A DNA stretch of 64,000 nucleotides, taken from the NCBI GenBank assembly GCA_049903315.1, contig JBNGBT010000004.1, positions 160,001 through 224,000 on the forward strand. The letters run 5' to 3'. Positions within the stretch are counted from its first letter, which is position 1. Every line of letters starts with the position of its first letter. The notes under the pieces are model-generated. The model saw only the letters and a program-made list of their open reading frames with translations, was not told where the DNA came from and did no database searches. Source of the stretch: Candidatus Cloacimonadota bacterium. Its GTDB lineage: Bacteria; Cloacimonadota; Cloacimonadia; JGIOTU-2. Shown piece by piece: positions 19,696 to 30,286 of the stretch. The translations under genes were made by a program, and so were the position numbers.

Positions 19696-22600
19696 ATGAA
19701 ACGTAAGATCAAATTCTTAATCCTCGAAGATGTGCTCACCGACCTCGAATTAGTTCTTATGGAACTAGAAAAAGCACAATTAGAATTCACTTATCTTCAT
19801 GTAGAAACCGAAAAGGATTTTATAAAAGGATTACATGAATTTAAACCTGATCTTATTCTCTCGGATTATAGATTGCCCCAGTTCAATGGCATGCAAGCAC
19901 TCAAACTGAATAAAGAAATTTCACCTTTAATACCCTTTATTATCATAACTGGTTCGATCAACGAAGATACTGCAGTTGAATGCATGAAAGCAGGTGCAAC
20001 AGATTATGTCATAAAACAAAATCTCATTCGGCTTAATTCTGCTATTGAACAGGCTCTGGATAAGAAAGTGCTGCTCGAAGAAAAGACCAAAGCAGAAGAA
20101 GCATTGCGTGAAAAAAGCTATATTCTGAATGAACGTGTTAAAGAACTCAATTGTCTGTATAAAATTTCTCAACTTGTCGAAACACCCGGGATCTCGGATA
20201 AACATTTCTTTCAAGGTGTTGTCGATCTCATACCTCCCGCCTTTCAACATAGCAATATTACCGTTTGCAAGTTGATAATAAATGATAAGGAATTTTTAAC
20301 AAAGAATTTTACACAAACCGATTGGGCACTCCACCAAGATATAGTTATCAATAATGTAAAAGCTGGTGTGATTGACGTTTATCATATAAAAGCGATACCT
20401 GAAACAAAGGATCAGCAATTCTTGGATGAAGAGAAGAGTCTCCTTAATGCAGTCGCTGAACATCTCGGACGTGTTGCCGAACATAAAACAGCAGAAGATA
20501 GTATTTTTCATTTGAACAAAGTTTTGAGAGCAATTCGAGATGTAAATCAGCTTATTGTAAAAGAAAAGAACATGAGTGCCCTTATTAAAAAGTCATGTGA
20601 TATTCTCACCAAAACAAGGGGCTATGATCGTGCCTGCATAGTATTGTTTGATGAACATGATCAACCATACAAATCTTCCCTGGCAAAGAATACCCCAGAA
20701 TATGTTCTATTCGAAAAAGCAGTAAAAAAAGGAACCTGGGATGGGATGTGCAGAAAAGTTATGGATCAGGAAGGAATTGTAATACTTGATAATCCGGAAG
20801 AACAGTGCAAAGGTTGTCCGCTACAATCACTTGTCCCGAAATCTAAAGCCATGTCGATCAGGTTGGAATATGAAGGAAAGATATTCGGCTTTATTAGTGG
20901 CTGGATTCCGGAAAGAATACCGTTAAATGCTGATGAACAGGATTTATTCATCGAAGTTGCCGGTGATATAGGTTTCGCTCTTTATACTGCTGAACTCGAA
21001 AAGAAACGGAAAGAAGCCATCGATTCACTTGCTGCCAGTGAAGAAATGTTCCGATTGCTCGCAGCGAACTCGATCGACTGTATCTGGAAAATCAATAAAA
21101 AATTACAATTCACCTATCTCAGTCCTGCTTTGGAACGAATGACTGGATTTAAACCGGAAGAATGGGTTGGAACACATTTAAGCACTCATTTTACTAAGAA
21201 AGAATTTCTCAAAGTAAGCGCTCTGGCAGTTAATGCATTAAAGAATTATAAAAATTTTTCACATATTACTTTTGAGACCAAAATGCTCAATAAGAATAAA
21301 GAAGAAATAGACTTTGAAATAACCAGTAAACTAATCAAAGATAAAAAAGGAAAAATAATCGGACTACAGGGTACTACACGTGATATTTCAGACAGAAAAA
21401 AAAATGAACAAACTATCAAGCAAAACCGTGAGATGCTTGTACGAACGGAAGCAATCGCACATATTGGTAGCTGGGAATGGGAAATAGCCACCGATACGGT
21501 CATCTGGTCTGATGAGTTATTCCGAATTTTCGGTATAGAAATTGCAAAAACCGCTCCCAGCTGGAAAGAGCATTCTGCTCTCTATTATCCTGAGGATATG
21601 AAGAAATTGACCGCTGCTGTGGAAAAAGCTGTGACCAAAGGGAGTACCTACGAGATGGAACTCAAAGCTATCCGGAAAGACGGTGAGACCAGGATCTGCC
21701 TTGCACGCGGAATCGCAAGGAAAGGAAAAGGTGGGAAAATAACTCACCTCTTCGGGTCACTGCAGGATATTACAGAAAGCAAGGAGGCAGAAGAAAAAAT
21801 CACCAAAGCAAATCGGATATACTCAGTGATCAGTCAAATCAATCAAACGATTGTACACGAAAAAGATAAAAATTTACTCTTTAGAGAAGCCTGCCGCATT
21901 GCTGTCGAGTTTGGAAAATTTCAATTAGCCTGGATCGGCATAGTCGATGAATCTACAAAACTGGTGGTTCCTGTTCAATATGCGGGGAATGGGGCCGGAT
22001 ATTTCTCCACAATTCCCCAGATATCCGTCGAAGATATACCTGAAGGCAGAGGTCCTACCGGTACAGCCATTCGAGAAGGAAAACATGTTGCCTGCAATGA
22101 TATACCCAATGATCCCCGCATGACTCCATGGCGTGAAGAAGCTCTCAAGCGAGATTATCGTTCTGCCATTGCTCTTCCCATAAAACTCTACGATAAAGTG
22201 ATCGGCGCTTTTAATATATACTCTAACAATCCGCATTTCTTTGATGAAACTGAAATAGCTCTTCTGGATGAAATAACTCAGGATATATCATTTGCTATTT
22301 CTGCTATCGAGACGGAAAATAAACGTATTAAAGCTGAAGAAGCCCTGATCAAAAATGAAAAAAAATACAGAGATATTTATGAAAACATCCAGGATGTGTA
22401 TTATGAAACCGATCTTAAGGGAAATATACTGGAAGTGAGTCCCTCTATTAAAGCACTTTCCAGAGGACAATATACCAGAGAGGAAGTAATCGGCAAGAAT
22501 ATGAATGATTTCTATTCGAAACCTGAAGAAAGAACGGAGTTGATCCAGGAGTTATTAAAACATAAACGGGTATCGGATTATGAAATCACTCTGAAAAATA

Positions 22601-24237
22601 AAGATGATTCCCGGATAATATGCTCTCTTGCTTCAATACTTCAGTTTGGCAATGAAGGAAAACCTGAAAAAATCATAGGCTCTATGCATGATATTACAAA
22701 ACGAAAGCATACAGAAAAAGGGCTACACGAGAGTGAAGAACGTCTACTACTAACTTTACAAAGTGCAGATTTGGGATCATGGTACTGGGATATACCAACA
22801 GGTCATGTCGTTTTTAACGAGCGATGGGCAGAGATGCTGGGATACAAACTGAGTGAGATCGAACCCACTTTATCAACATGGGAAAAATTGGTGCATCCTG
22901 ATGATTTGCCGGGTATAATGAAGGGGCTTAATGATCACCTGAAAGGAAATACACCTTCCTACAAAGCAGAATTCAGAATGAAGACAAAGTCAAATGAATG
23001 GAAATGGATACTCGACAGTGGAAAAGTAATAGAAAGAGATAAGCAAGGAAAACCATTGCGAGCAGCAGGAACCCATTTAGATATCACAGAACGTAAGCTG
23101 GCTGAGAAAACGCAGAAAATTTTGTTTAACATATCCAAAGCCCTTAATGTTACTGAAAATTTGCAAATGTTGTATAAAGAGATACATGCATATTTAGGAG
23201 AGGTTCTTGATACTACGAACTTCTACATTGCGCTGTACGATAGAGAAAATGAGTTACTAACATTTGAATATTATGCAGATGAAAAATTTGATAAGGATTA
23301 CCTTCCATCCGGTCGAGCATTTGGTAAAGGTCTAACTGAATATGTTATCTCCACCGGTAACACTATACTCGCTACATTGGAAAAACAGGATGAACTGGCA
23401 CGAGAAGGCAAAATTGAGATTATTGGTCCCCGTTCTAAAGTCTGGCTTAGCGCTCCTCTCAAAGTGGAAAATGAGGTCATCGGAGCCCTTGCTGTACAAA
23501 GTTATGATGATACGGATCATTATAATGAGAAGGATATTCAGATTCTTGATTTTGTATCAAGTGAAGTTGCGATCGCGATAAAGCGTAAGCAGTCAGAGCA
23601 GCAAATACAAAGAGACTTGAAAGAAAAAACACTTTTATTGCAGGAGATCCATCATAGGACAAAGAATAATCTACAGACAATATGTAGTTTAATGCAGATG
23701 CAGGAGGACAATATCCTAACCAAAAAAGATGCGCTCCAGGGTTTTCAAGTAACCCAGGATAGAATAAGGGCAATGGCAAAATCGTATGAGATTTTATTGC
23801 GGTCGGAATATATGTCAGAAATAAAACTCGGTGAATATATTACAGAGCTTGCAGACCAGCTGGGAAGGAATTATGATATCCATAGGAAAATTAAGATCAT
23901 TTACTCTTTGGAAGATGTGCATTTTGACGCAGAGAAATTATCTAAACTCGGGCTGATCCTGAATGAGATAATTACAAATTCGATAAAATATGCTTTCAAA
24001 GGAAGAGATGGGGGGAATATACACATCATTTTAAAGGATGCAAAAAACCATATAACAATTGAAATATCAGATGACGGTATAGGTATTCCGAAAAATATAA
24101 AAATACCGAATCCAAAAACGCTTGGACTATCACTTGTGGATATGCTGATGAGTGAGTTAAATGGGTCCTACTCGGTAGGCAGAAAGAATGGCACGAGTTT
24201 TACACTGGAAATACCGAAAGAGAGAAAAAATCATTGA
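19696..24237 (+). CDS. Large cytoplasmic hybrid kinase REC-GAF/PAS array-HisKA_2-HATPase
   Basis: Start MKRKIKFLILED at 19696; multiple GAF and PAS/PAC modules; EIHHRTKNNLQ; NEIITNSIKYAF. Confidence 0.9.
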   Translation: MKRKIKFLILEDVLTDLELVLMELEKAQLEFTYLHVETEKDFIKGLHEFKPDLILSDYRLPQFNGMQALKLNKEISPLIPFIIITGSINEDTAVECMKAGATDYVIKQNLIRLNSAIEQALDKKVLLEEKTKAEEALREKSYILNERVKELNCLYKISQLVETPGISDKHFFQGVVDLIPPAFQHSNITVCKLIINDKEFLTKNFTQTDWALHQDIVINNVKAGVIDVYHIKAIPETKDQQFLDEEKSLLNAVAEHLGRVAEHKTAEDSIFHLNKVLRAIRDVNQLIVKEKNMSALIKKSCDILTKTRGYDRACIVLFDEHDQPYKSSLAKNTPEYVLFEKAVKKGTWDGMCRKVMDQEGIVILDNPEEQCKGCPLQSLVPKSKAMSIRLEYEGKIFGFISGWIPERIPLNADEQDLFIEVAGDIGFALYTAELEKKRKEAIDSLAASEEMFRLLAANSIDCIWKINKKLQFTYLSPALERMTGFKPEEWVGTHLSTHFTKKEFLKVSALAVNALKNYKNFSHITFETKMLNKNKEEIDFEITSKLIKDKKGKIIGLQGTTRDISDRKKNEQTIKQNREMLVRTEAIAHIGSWEWEIATDTVIWSDELFRIFGIEIAKTAPSWKEHSALYYPEDMKKLTAAVEKAVTKGSTYEMELKAIRKDGETRICLARGIARKGKGGKITHLFGSLQDITESKEAEEKITKANRIYSVISQINQTIVHEKDKNLLFREACRIAVEFGKFQLAWIGIVDESTKLVVPVQYAGNGAGYFSTIPQISVEDIPEGRGPTGTAIREGKHVACNDIPNDPRMTPWREEALKRDYRSAIALPIKLYDKVIGAFNIYSNNPHFFDETEIALLDEITQDISFAISAIETENKRIKAEEALIKNEKKYRDIYENIQDVYYETDLKGNILEVSPSIKALSRGQYTREEVIGKNMNDFYSKPEERTELIQELLKHKRVSDYEITLKNKDDSRIICSLASILQFGNEGKPEKIIGSMHDITKRKHTEKGLHESEERLLLTLQSADLGSWYWDIPTGHVVFNERWAEMLGYKLSEIEPTLSTWEKLVHPDDLPGIMKGLNDHLKGNTPSYKAEFRMKTKSNEWKWILDSGKVIERDKQGKPLRAAGTHLDITERKLAEKTQKILFNISKALNVTENLQMLYKEIHAYLGEVLDTTNFYIALYDRENELLTFEYYADEKFDKDYLPSGRAFGKGLTEYVISTGNTILATLEKQDELAREGKIEIIGPRSKVWLSAPLKVENEVIGALAVQSYDDTDHYNEKDIQILDFVSSEVAIAIKRKQSEQQIQRDLKEKTLLLQEIHHRTKNNLQTICSLMQMQEDNILTKKDALQGFQVTQDRIRAMAKSYEILLRSEYMSEIKLGEYITELADQLGRNYDIHRKIKIIYSLEDVHFDAEKLSKLGLILNEIITNSIKYAFKGRDGGNIHIILKDAKNHITIEISDDGIGIPKNIKIPNPKTLGLSLVDMLMSELNGSYSVGRKNGTSFTLEIPKERKNH

Positions 24238-24248
24238 ATGTCATTCTG

Positions 24249-24332
24249 TCGTTCTTAACTCAACGCTTCGCTTTTAAGTCAAGTCCGACAAGACTTGAGT
24301 TAAGGGCACGAAGCGAACTTGACTTAAGGATT
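24249..24332. repeat. Repeat family A, single unit
   Basis: TCGTTCTTAACTCAACGCTTCGCTTTTAAGTCAAGTCCGACAAGACTTGAGTTAAGGGCACGAAGCGAACTTGACTTAAGGATT, 11 nt after the kinase stop. Confidence 0.9.
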
Positions 24333-24480
24333 GAGGAGAGTTTCAACATCACTTTTGTAAATATTTTAAAATTTTAAACCATATAATTTCCACATATTCT
24401 TGACATAAATTTTTAAAATGCACTCAATCCATACAATCATCATCGGCAATTTTGCTGAAATATTACATGAAGGAGTAACG

Positions 24481-25104
24481 ATGGACGAACAGTTATCAAT
24501 TGGTAACATTATCTCGAACGGTTTTTCCTATGGATTAAGAAACATTCTCAATCTGCTTGGAGCAATCATCTTATGGATCGTCACTATTTGGATACCTTAT
24601 CTCAATATCGGAACAACGATCGGTCTCGTGGGATTGGTTGTGCATATGAGCAAGGGAGAGCCTTTTTCACCAACAGTTATTTTCGATTCAAAATATCGAA
24701 AGAATTTTGGTGAATTTTTCCTGTTGGGCGGTTTTTTGATGATAGGTATTTATTTTGCTTCGATGCTCATGATCATTCCCGGTATCGTATTGCAGGTTGC
24801 CTGGGGACAGGCATTCTACCTTTTCCTTGATAAAGGTATTAAGCCACTCGGTGCACTAAGAAAAAGTAATGATATTACTTATGGCAAGAAGTGGAACATA
24901 TTCCTCGGAGAACTGATTCTTATGCTTATCGTAGGCATTATCTTCGTAATCCTCGTCACGATCTTTTATAAGATATGGGGATTCCTTGGCGGTCTCTTCA
25001 CATTTATTGGTATTATCGCCATTATTGCCATTGCTATGGGTGTGAAAGCGTATATTTACAGCGTACTTTCCAAAGGTGTCGAGTCTGAAGTTGAAACTTC
25101 ATAA
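24481..25104 (+). CDS. Integral membrane protein of unknown function
   Basis: Several hydrophobic helices; AAGGAG before ATG 24481. Confidence 0.8.
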   Translation: MDEQLSIGNIISNGFSYGLRNILNLLGAIILWIVTIWIPYLNIGTTIGLVGLVVHMSKGEPFSPTVIFDSKYRKNFGEFFLLGGFLMIGIYFASMLMIIPGIVLQVAWGQAFYLFLDKGIKPLGALRKSNDITYGKKWNIFLGELILMLIVGIIFVILVTIFYKIWGFLGGLFTFIGIIAIIAIAMGVKAYIYSVLSKGVESEVETS

Positions 25105-25129
25105 GTAGAATTTCAATAAACAAATTTAC

Positions 25130-25163
25130 AGAGAGGAATGAAAGTTCCTCTCTTCTTTTATTT
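25130..25163 (+). terminator. Probable intrinsic terminator
   Basis: AGAGAGGAA-TGAAAG-TTCCTCTCT followed by a T-rich tail, just after the stop at 25104. Confidence 0.65.
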
Positions 25164-25309
25164 GCAACCTCCATGATCGAGTGTTCCTTAAAAAAATTAG
25201 ATAAAAATATGCCACGAAGACTCTAAGGCACAAAGAGCTTAAAGGAAAATAAAATGGACTTAGTGACTTCATGTCTTAGCGGCAATCTTTCTAGTTTATT
25301 TAGGTAAAT

Positions 25310-25921
25310 ATGCAGAATAATAAAATCACTCATCTCTTTTTTGATCTTTCGGAAGTGATTATCAGGGGATTGGTCGGCATTGATGATGCGCTTGGTGAAC
25401 TGCTCGGTAGAAAGTCTGAAAAGTTACTTCATACATTTGGAGGAGAGGATTTAATAGCACTCTGCAAGAATGATATAACCGAGGATGAATATCTAAAGAA
25501 CATCATTACCAATGAAAATTGGGATTGCTCGTTAAAAGAACTCAAAAAGATAATCAGAAATAATTTTCATGTCGTAATGGGAAATATGGACGAGATAATT
25601 GAAGAATTATCTGGCAAGTACACACTCATTCTTCTCAGTGATCATGCACGGGAGTGGATAGAATATATTGAAGAATATCACCGGTTTTTAAGCAATTTTT
25701 CTATGAGAATGTATTCTTTCGAGACAGGTCATCTCAAGGATGAAACTCACAATTTTCAGAAACTTCTCACTGATCTGAATATTTCATCTGATTCATGCCT
25801 TTTCATCGATGACAATAAAGAAAATATAACTGTGGCGAATCAGTGCGGTATAAAAGGAATTCTATTCAAAGATCAAGATCAATTGATAAATGAATTAAGG
25901 GAGTTCGGAGTAGTTATATGA
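25310..25921 (+). CDS. HAD-superfamily hydrolase
   Basis: FFDLSEV motif I, LLSD motif II, CLFIDD motif IV. Confidence 0.85.
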   Translation: MQNNKITHLFFDLSEVIIRGLVGIDDALGELLGRKSEKLLHTFGGEDLIALCKNDITEDEYLKNIITNENWDCSLKELKKIIRNNFHVVMGNMDEIIEELSGKYTLILLSDHAREWIEYIEEYHRFLSNFSMRMYSFETGHLKDETHNFQKLLTDLNISSDSCLFIDDNKENITVANQCGIKGILFKDQDQLINELREFGVVI

Positions 25922-27291
25922 ACAAGGATACCTCCTATGCTATTCTGAAAGACCTGTTTTATGCAGGAGTCCGGGCAGTTGATCCTTCTGATCTTATTCA
26001 GGATATTCTCAGGTTAGAGAAAAACACACTTATTTTACAAAGGCAACTTGATTTTAGATTGATCAATCTCGATAAATTTGATGAAATACTGGTTATCGGC
26101 GCGGGGAAAGCAAGTGAGCAGATGGCAGCAGGAATACATAATATCCTGGGTGATAGGATCAGTGATGGGCTAGTTGTCACAAAATATGTCCGTTATCCTC
26201 TTATTGGAGCGATCCACATTCTGGACGCAGGCCATCCATTGCCGGATAAGTGGAGTGTCGAATGCGGCATTGCGCTGCAGGTTAAAGCACATCGGGCAAA
26301 TGAACGAACATTATTTATTTCCTTGATTTCAGGGGGTGCTTCAGCATTGGTGGAAGTGCCGCGCATCGATAAGGTCGGTAATATCACGGTCGCACTCACG
26401 CTTGAAGACATTATTGCAACGCATTCTGCACTTATCCTGAGTAGGGCTTCTATAGATGAAATCAACTGTGTACGCAAGCACATTTCAATGATAAAAGGCG
26501 GGTATCTCTCTGCATGGATGTATCCTGCAACTGCACTCAACTTGATTTTATCCGATGATGAATTCGACCGCATCGATGTTATCGGTTCGGGATTGACCAC
26601 GTATGATAAAACCTCTTTTGAAGATGCGCTCCAGATAATTGAAAAATATGATCTGGCTGAGAAGATGCCAGAAAATGTGATGAGAATAATTCAATGGGGA
26701 GTTGATGAGAAAATTTTGGAAACTCCTAAAACCAACACACTTGTTTTTGATAAAACAGAGAATGTCATTATCGGTAATAATGCACTTGCATTGAACGCTA
26801 TTGAAGAGCATGCTCTATCACTCGGATTTAACGTAGAAAGATCTACTGATTGGATTAAAGGAGAAGCGCAGGAAGCAGGGCGGAAATTATTTCATAAAGC
26901 ATTAAAACTCAAACAAGGGAAATCTGCTGATAAGCCATTCATTATCATTTGTGGCGGCGAAACGACTGTCACGATACGAGGAGAAGGAAAGGGTGGAAGG
27001 AACCAGGAGATAGCGCTTGCATTTCTGGATGAGCTGAAAAAATTCGGAACAAAAGCAGAAGGCATTTATTTTCTTTCAGCCAGCACAGATGGAGATGACG
27101 GACCAACTGATGCAGCAGGAGCATTTGCTTCATCAGAGATTATACATATTGCAGAAATGATGGAGCTCAATACAGAAGAGTATCTTCGCAGAAATAATTC
27201 TTATGCGTTCTTTGAATTGTGCGGATATTTATTCAAGAGCGGAATAACAGGCACGAATGTGTGTGATGTGCAATTGATTCTTATTACATAA
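25918..27291 (+). CDS. Glycerate 2-kinase (DUF4147 + MOFRL family)
   Basis: GAGKAS, AGHPLPD, LISGGASAL, GGETTVT, GKGGRNQE, TDGDDGPT, TGTNVCD. Confidence 0.92.
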   Translation: MNKDTSYAILKDLFYAGVRAVDPSDLIQDILRLEKNTLILQRQLDFRLINLDKFDEILVIGAGKASEQMAAGIHNILGDRISDGLVVTKYVRYPLIGAIHILDAGHPLPDKWSVECGIALQVKAHRANERTLFISLISGGASALVEVPRIDKVGNITVALTLEDIIATHSALILSRASIDEINCVRKHISMIKGGYLSAWMYPATALNLILSDDEFDRIDVIGSGLTTYDKTSFEDALQIIEKYDLAEKMPENVMRIIQWGVDEKILETPKTNTLVFDKTENVIIGNNALALNAIEEHALSLGFNVERSTDWIKGEAQEAGRKLFHKALKLKQGKSADKPFIIICGGETTVTIRGEGKGGRNQEIALAFLDELKKFGTKAEGIYFLSASTDGDDGPTDAAGAFASSEIIHIAEMMELNTEEYLRRNNSYAFFELCGYLFKSGITGTNVCDVQLILIT

Positions 27292-27904
27292 TCCCGATTC
27301 TTTTAAGTTCCTTTACCATTTGTTCATAACTATTCACGTGAATGATTTTCATTCCGATATTCGCAGCTGAGAGAATGTTTTCATGATTATCATCCAAAAA
27401 TACAGTCTCTCCAGGTGGAAGCTGCAAGTAATCCAGCACACATTTGTACGCGTTATGCTCTGGCTTGCGATAGCCTATCTCATTTGAAGAGAATATTTTC
27501 TCAAAACAGGGGAGGATCGGTTTACACATTTCAAGCCACATCGGCACATGGATTTCATTCGTGTTGGAAAGGGCGACGATCCTGTATGACATACTGAGTT
27601 CCTGTAATAGTTCTGGAATATTGCTTCTGATTTGTATGAGGATTCTTTTCCATCCTTCGATGAAATCATCTTCCGAAATATCTATCTTCAGACATTTCAT
27701 CACGTGTGTCCTGAAGATTTCCGAACTGATCTCTCCTCTCTCAAACTGTGCATACGTCTCATCAAATGGAAAGGCGACATATAAATCCATTGGTTTAATT
27801 CCGCATATATCAGCCCAGTAATCGCAGGTATTTTTTGGTGAAATATCAATAATGACATTCCCAAGATCAAAGATGAGGGCTTTATACTTCTGAGGAGGTA
27901 TCAC
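27284..27904 (-). CDS. HAD-family phosphatase (YihX-like)
   Basis: LIFDLGNV, ALSNTN, RKPE, VFLDD. Confidence 0.9.
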   Translation of the reverse strand: MIPPQKYKALIFDLGNVIIDISPKNTCDYWADICGIKPMDLYVAFPFDETYAQFERGEISSEIFRTHVMKCLKIDISEDDFIEGWKRILIQIRSNIPELLQELSMSYRIVALSNTNEIHVPMWLEMCKPILPCFEKIFSSNEIGYRKPEHNAYKCVLDYLQLPPGETVFLDDNHENILSAANIGMKIIHVNSYEQMVKELKRIGIM

Positions 27905-28503
27905 TTACTTTTTCTCTTGAATCTGAATAGTCGGGGATACGCTTTCATCTTTGGTAGGATTGGGTGTTTTTCCTTTTTAGGTATTGCCCATTCACTCATC
28001 ATGCGCACATCCTCAAAAGTGTACAGTGCATTCTCGTTATATTTTCTTATCGCTGCAACAACAGAACGTATATCTTTTCTTTTTATAGGAATAAATATGA
28101 TCTCGACCTTGCCGACATTCGCCTCGGCTGGTACGTGTGTCACACGGTAGCCCAAGTCGCGGAAATGAGTGATAAGCTCTTTTGCTTTTTTCATCGTGAT
28201 AATACGAAGAAGCACAATACCCATAGCAAGTTTCTGTTCAAGAAAGATGCCGACAAAATTACCCATTGCAAAGCCCCCTGCGTAAGCGATATAATTTGTA
28301 ACATTGGTAAGGTTTTGCATGATTTGTCCGATAACGACAAGCCATATAAGTACTTCAAAAAATCCGATGACTGGTGCTATATACTTCATGCCCCGATTAA
28401 CAAAAATGATGCGAAGTGTGCCGAGGGACACGTCAATGACGCGTGATATAAAAATTAAAAGAGGGAGTAATGCGTAAGAAAAAAGTCCTGATTCAGATAA
28501 CAT
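27901..28503 (-). CDS. DUF2179/UPF0316-type membrane protein
   Basis: IFISRVIDVSLGTLRIIF, GFFEVLIWL, AYAGGFAMGNFVG. Confidence 0.88.
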   Translation of the reverse strand: MLSESGLFSYALLPLLIFISRVIDVSLGTLRIIFVNRGMKYIAPVIGFFEVLIWLVVIGQIMQNLTNVTNYIAYAGGFAMGNFVGIFLEQKLAMGIVLLRIITMKKAKELITHFRDLGYRVTHVPAEANVGKVEIIFIPIKRKDIRSVVAAIRKYNENALYTFEDVRMMSEWAIPKKEKHPILPKMKAYPRLFRFKRKSK

Positions 28504-28511
28504 AATATTTC

Positions 28512-30284
28512 CTATAAATTTTTTAAGAAGTGATCAATCGATCTTGCCGCACGGTGTCCATCTGCAATTGCGCTAATAGCATCTTTCGTTTGATTCGCAA
28601 TGTCACCTCCTGCGAATATTTTACAATCCGGAGTCCGGCAAAATTCATCAATCTTTAACTGATTTTTTCGTTTAAAAAGAGTTTCATATTCCATCGGAAG
28701 AAAGGAGAAATCTGCACCCTGTCCGATAGCAGAAACAACCATATCAACAACGATTGAGTATTCTTTTCCTTCGATCAGCACCGGCTTTGGTCGTTTACCT
28801 TGTCCCTGATCAACCATTTCTGCCAAGCCATAAATAAAATTCAAACGGTTATCTTCTGCTTGTTCTATTCTTAAAGGAACTGCCTGAGTTATAAATGACA
28901 CTTTTTCTCGCTGTGCATCAATAATTTCTTCTTCATCAGCGGGCATATCCTCGATCCTTCTTCTGTAAAGCACTGTCACTTCTGCACCAAATGTTCTCGC
29001 GGTACGGGCAGAATCCATTGCGACATTTCCACCGCCTATGACAGCTACCTTTTTCCCAAAAGGTACTTTCTCTCCGCGAGTGATCTTGTCGAGTACTTCA
29101 AGTCCAGAAATATTACCGGGCAGATCTTCGCCGGAGATTTCCATTTTATATGGAACCATTAGCCCGATAGAGATCAAAACAGCATCATTTTTTTTATGGA
29201 TTTCCTGAAATGAGATATCTTTTCCAACTCGTGTATTGTATTTTATATTGATACCGAGAGAGAGTATATATTTAATATCTTTATCAAGCTGGTCATAGGG
29301 TAGCCGATATTCTGGAATGCCGTAACGGGTCATACCGCCTGCTTTTTCATTTGCTTCATAGATAGTAATTTCATAACCGAGTAACCGCAGGTAGTATGCA
29401 GCGCTCAATCCGCCCGGTCCAGCGCCGATTATCGCAATATTCTTTCCGTTTGACTGAATATCGGTTGGCATTGCTTTTGAATAGTCCCCAAGTTCAATCT
29501 GGTCTGCGAGGTAACGCTTGAGCCAGCGTATGGAGATCGCTTCACCCGTATGAGCAAGAGCACAGTCCTCTTCGCATTGGTGTGTGCACACACGACCGCA
29601 CATCGCAGGCATGGGATTTGTTTCATACATGAGTTTCAGTCCGTCTTCAATCTTATTTTCCCGGACTGCTTTTATATATCCCGGGATGTCCATGTGGGCA
29701 GGACAGGTTGCTGTGCATATTCCGCATTGAATGCAACGGTCGGCTTCTTTTTGTGCCTGTTCCTTGGAGTAACCCTTCACCATCTCAAGAAATGATTTTA
29801 CTCTTTCTTCCGGAGTGAGCATTTCCATAGCAACTCGTTGCAGATCAACCAGATGATAGTCTTCTTCTCTTTTATATCCTTTTGCAAATGAGTCCCACGG
29901 TTTTTCCTCTGCGCCGGGCACAAAACGAAAAACATCAGCATCAGAGTCTATCCACACATATTCATTGCTCATTGAGAGAGATTGTGTCGGACAGATGTCC
30001 ACACAGAGAGCACACCAGCAGCATCGTCCATAATCGATTCTGGGTCGAAGTCCACTGTCGCCTTTGTGAGTTTCTATTCCTTCAACAGGTACCATGTCAA
30101 TAGCATGGTTCTGGCAGATTGAAGCGCAGGTTCCACAGCCGATACAAGCATCCAGTTCATTCTGATGAAATCCGCGGTAACGAGGAGAGCCGGGTCTTTC
30201 TTTCAGAGGCTTTGGAACAGTAAAAGGTTTTTCGAATGCGCGTTTCCACACATAGAATGGTGCGATCCAGTCTTTCAGTTTCAT
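28512..30284 (-). CDS. Fusion of an MbxN/NuoI-like 2x[4Fe-4S] ferredoxin with a GltD-like FAD/NAD(P)H oxidoreductase
   Basis: CIGCGTCASIC and CCWCALCVDICP; then RCIQCGICTATCP, CGRVC, IIGAGPGG, VIGGGNVAMD, FAGGD. Confidence 0.9.
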   Translation of the reverse strand: MKLKDWIAPFYVWKRAFEKPFTVPKPLKERPGSPRYRGFHQNELDACIGCGTCASICQNHAIDMVPVEGIETHKGDSGLRPRIDYGRCCWCALCVDICPTQSLSMSNEYVWIDSDADVFRFVPGAEEKPWDSFAKGYKREEDYHLVDLQRVAMEMLTPEERVKSFLEMVKGYSKEQAQKEADRCIQCGICTATCPAHMDIPGYIKAVRENKIEDGLKLMYETNPMPAMCGRVCTHQCEEDCALAHTGEAISIRWLKRYLADQIELGDYSKAMPTDIQSNGKNIAIIGAGPGGLSAAYYLRLLGYEITIYEANEKAGGMTRYGIPEYRLPYDQLDKDIKYILSLGINIKYNTRVGKDISFQEIHKKNDAVLISIGLMVPYKMEISGEDLPGNISGLEVLDKITRGEKVPFGKKVAVIGGGNVAMDSARTARTFGAEVTVLYRRRIEDMPADEEEIIDAQREKVSFITQAVPLRIEQAEDNRLNFIYGLAEMVDQGQGKRPKPVLIEGKEYSIVVDMVVSAIGQGADFSFLPMEYETLFKRKNQLKIDEFCRTPDCKIFAGGDIANQTKDAISAIADGHRAARSIDHFLKNL

Positions 30285-30286
30285 AG

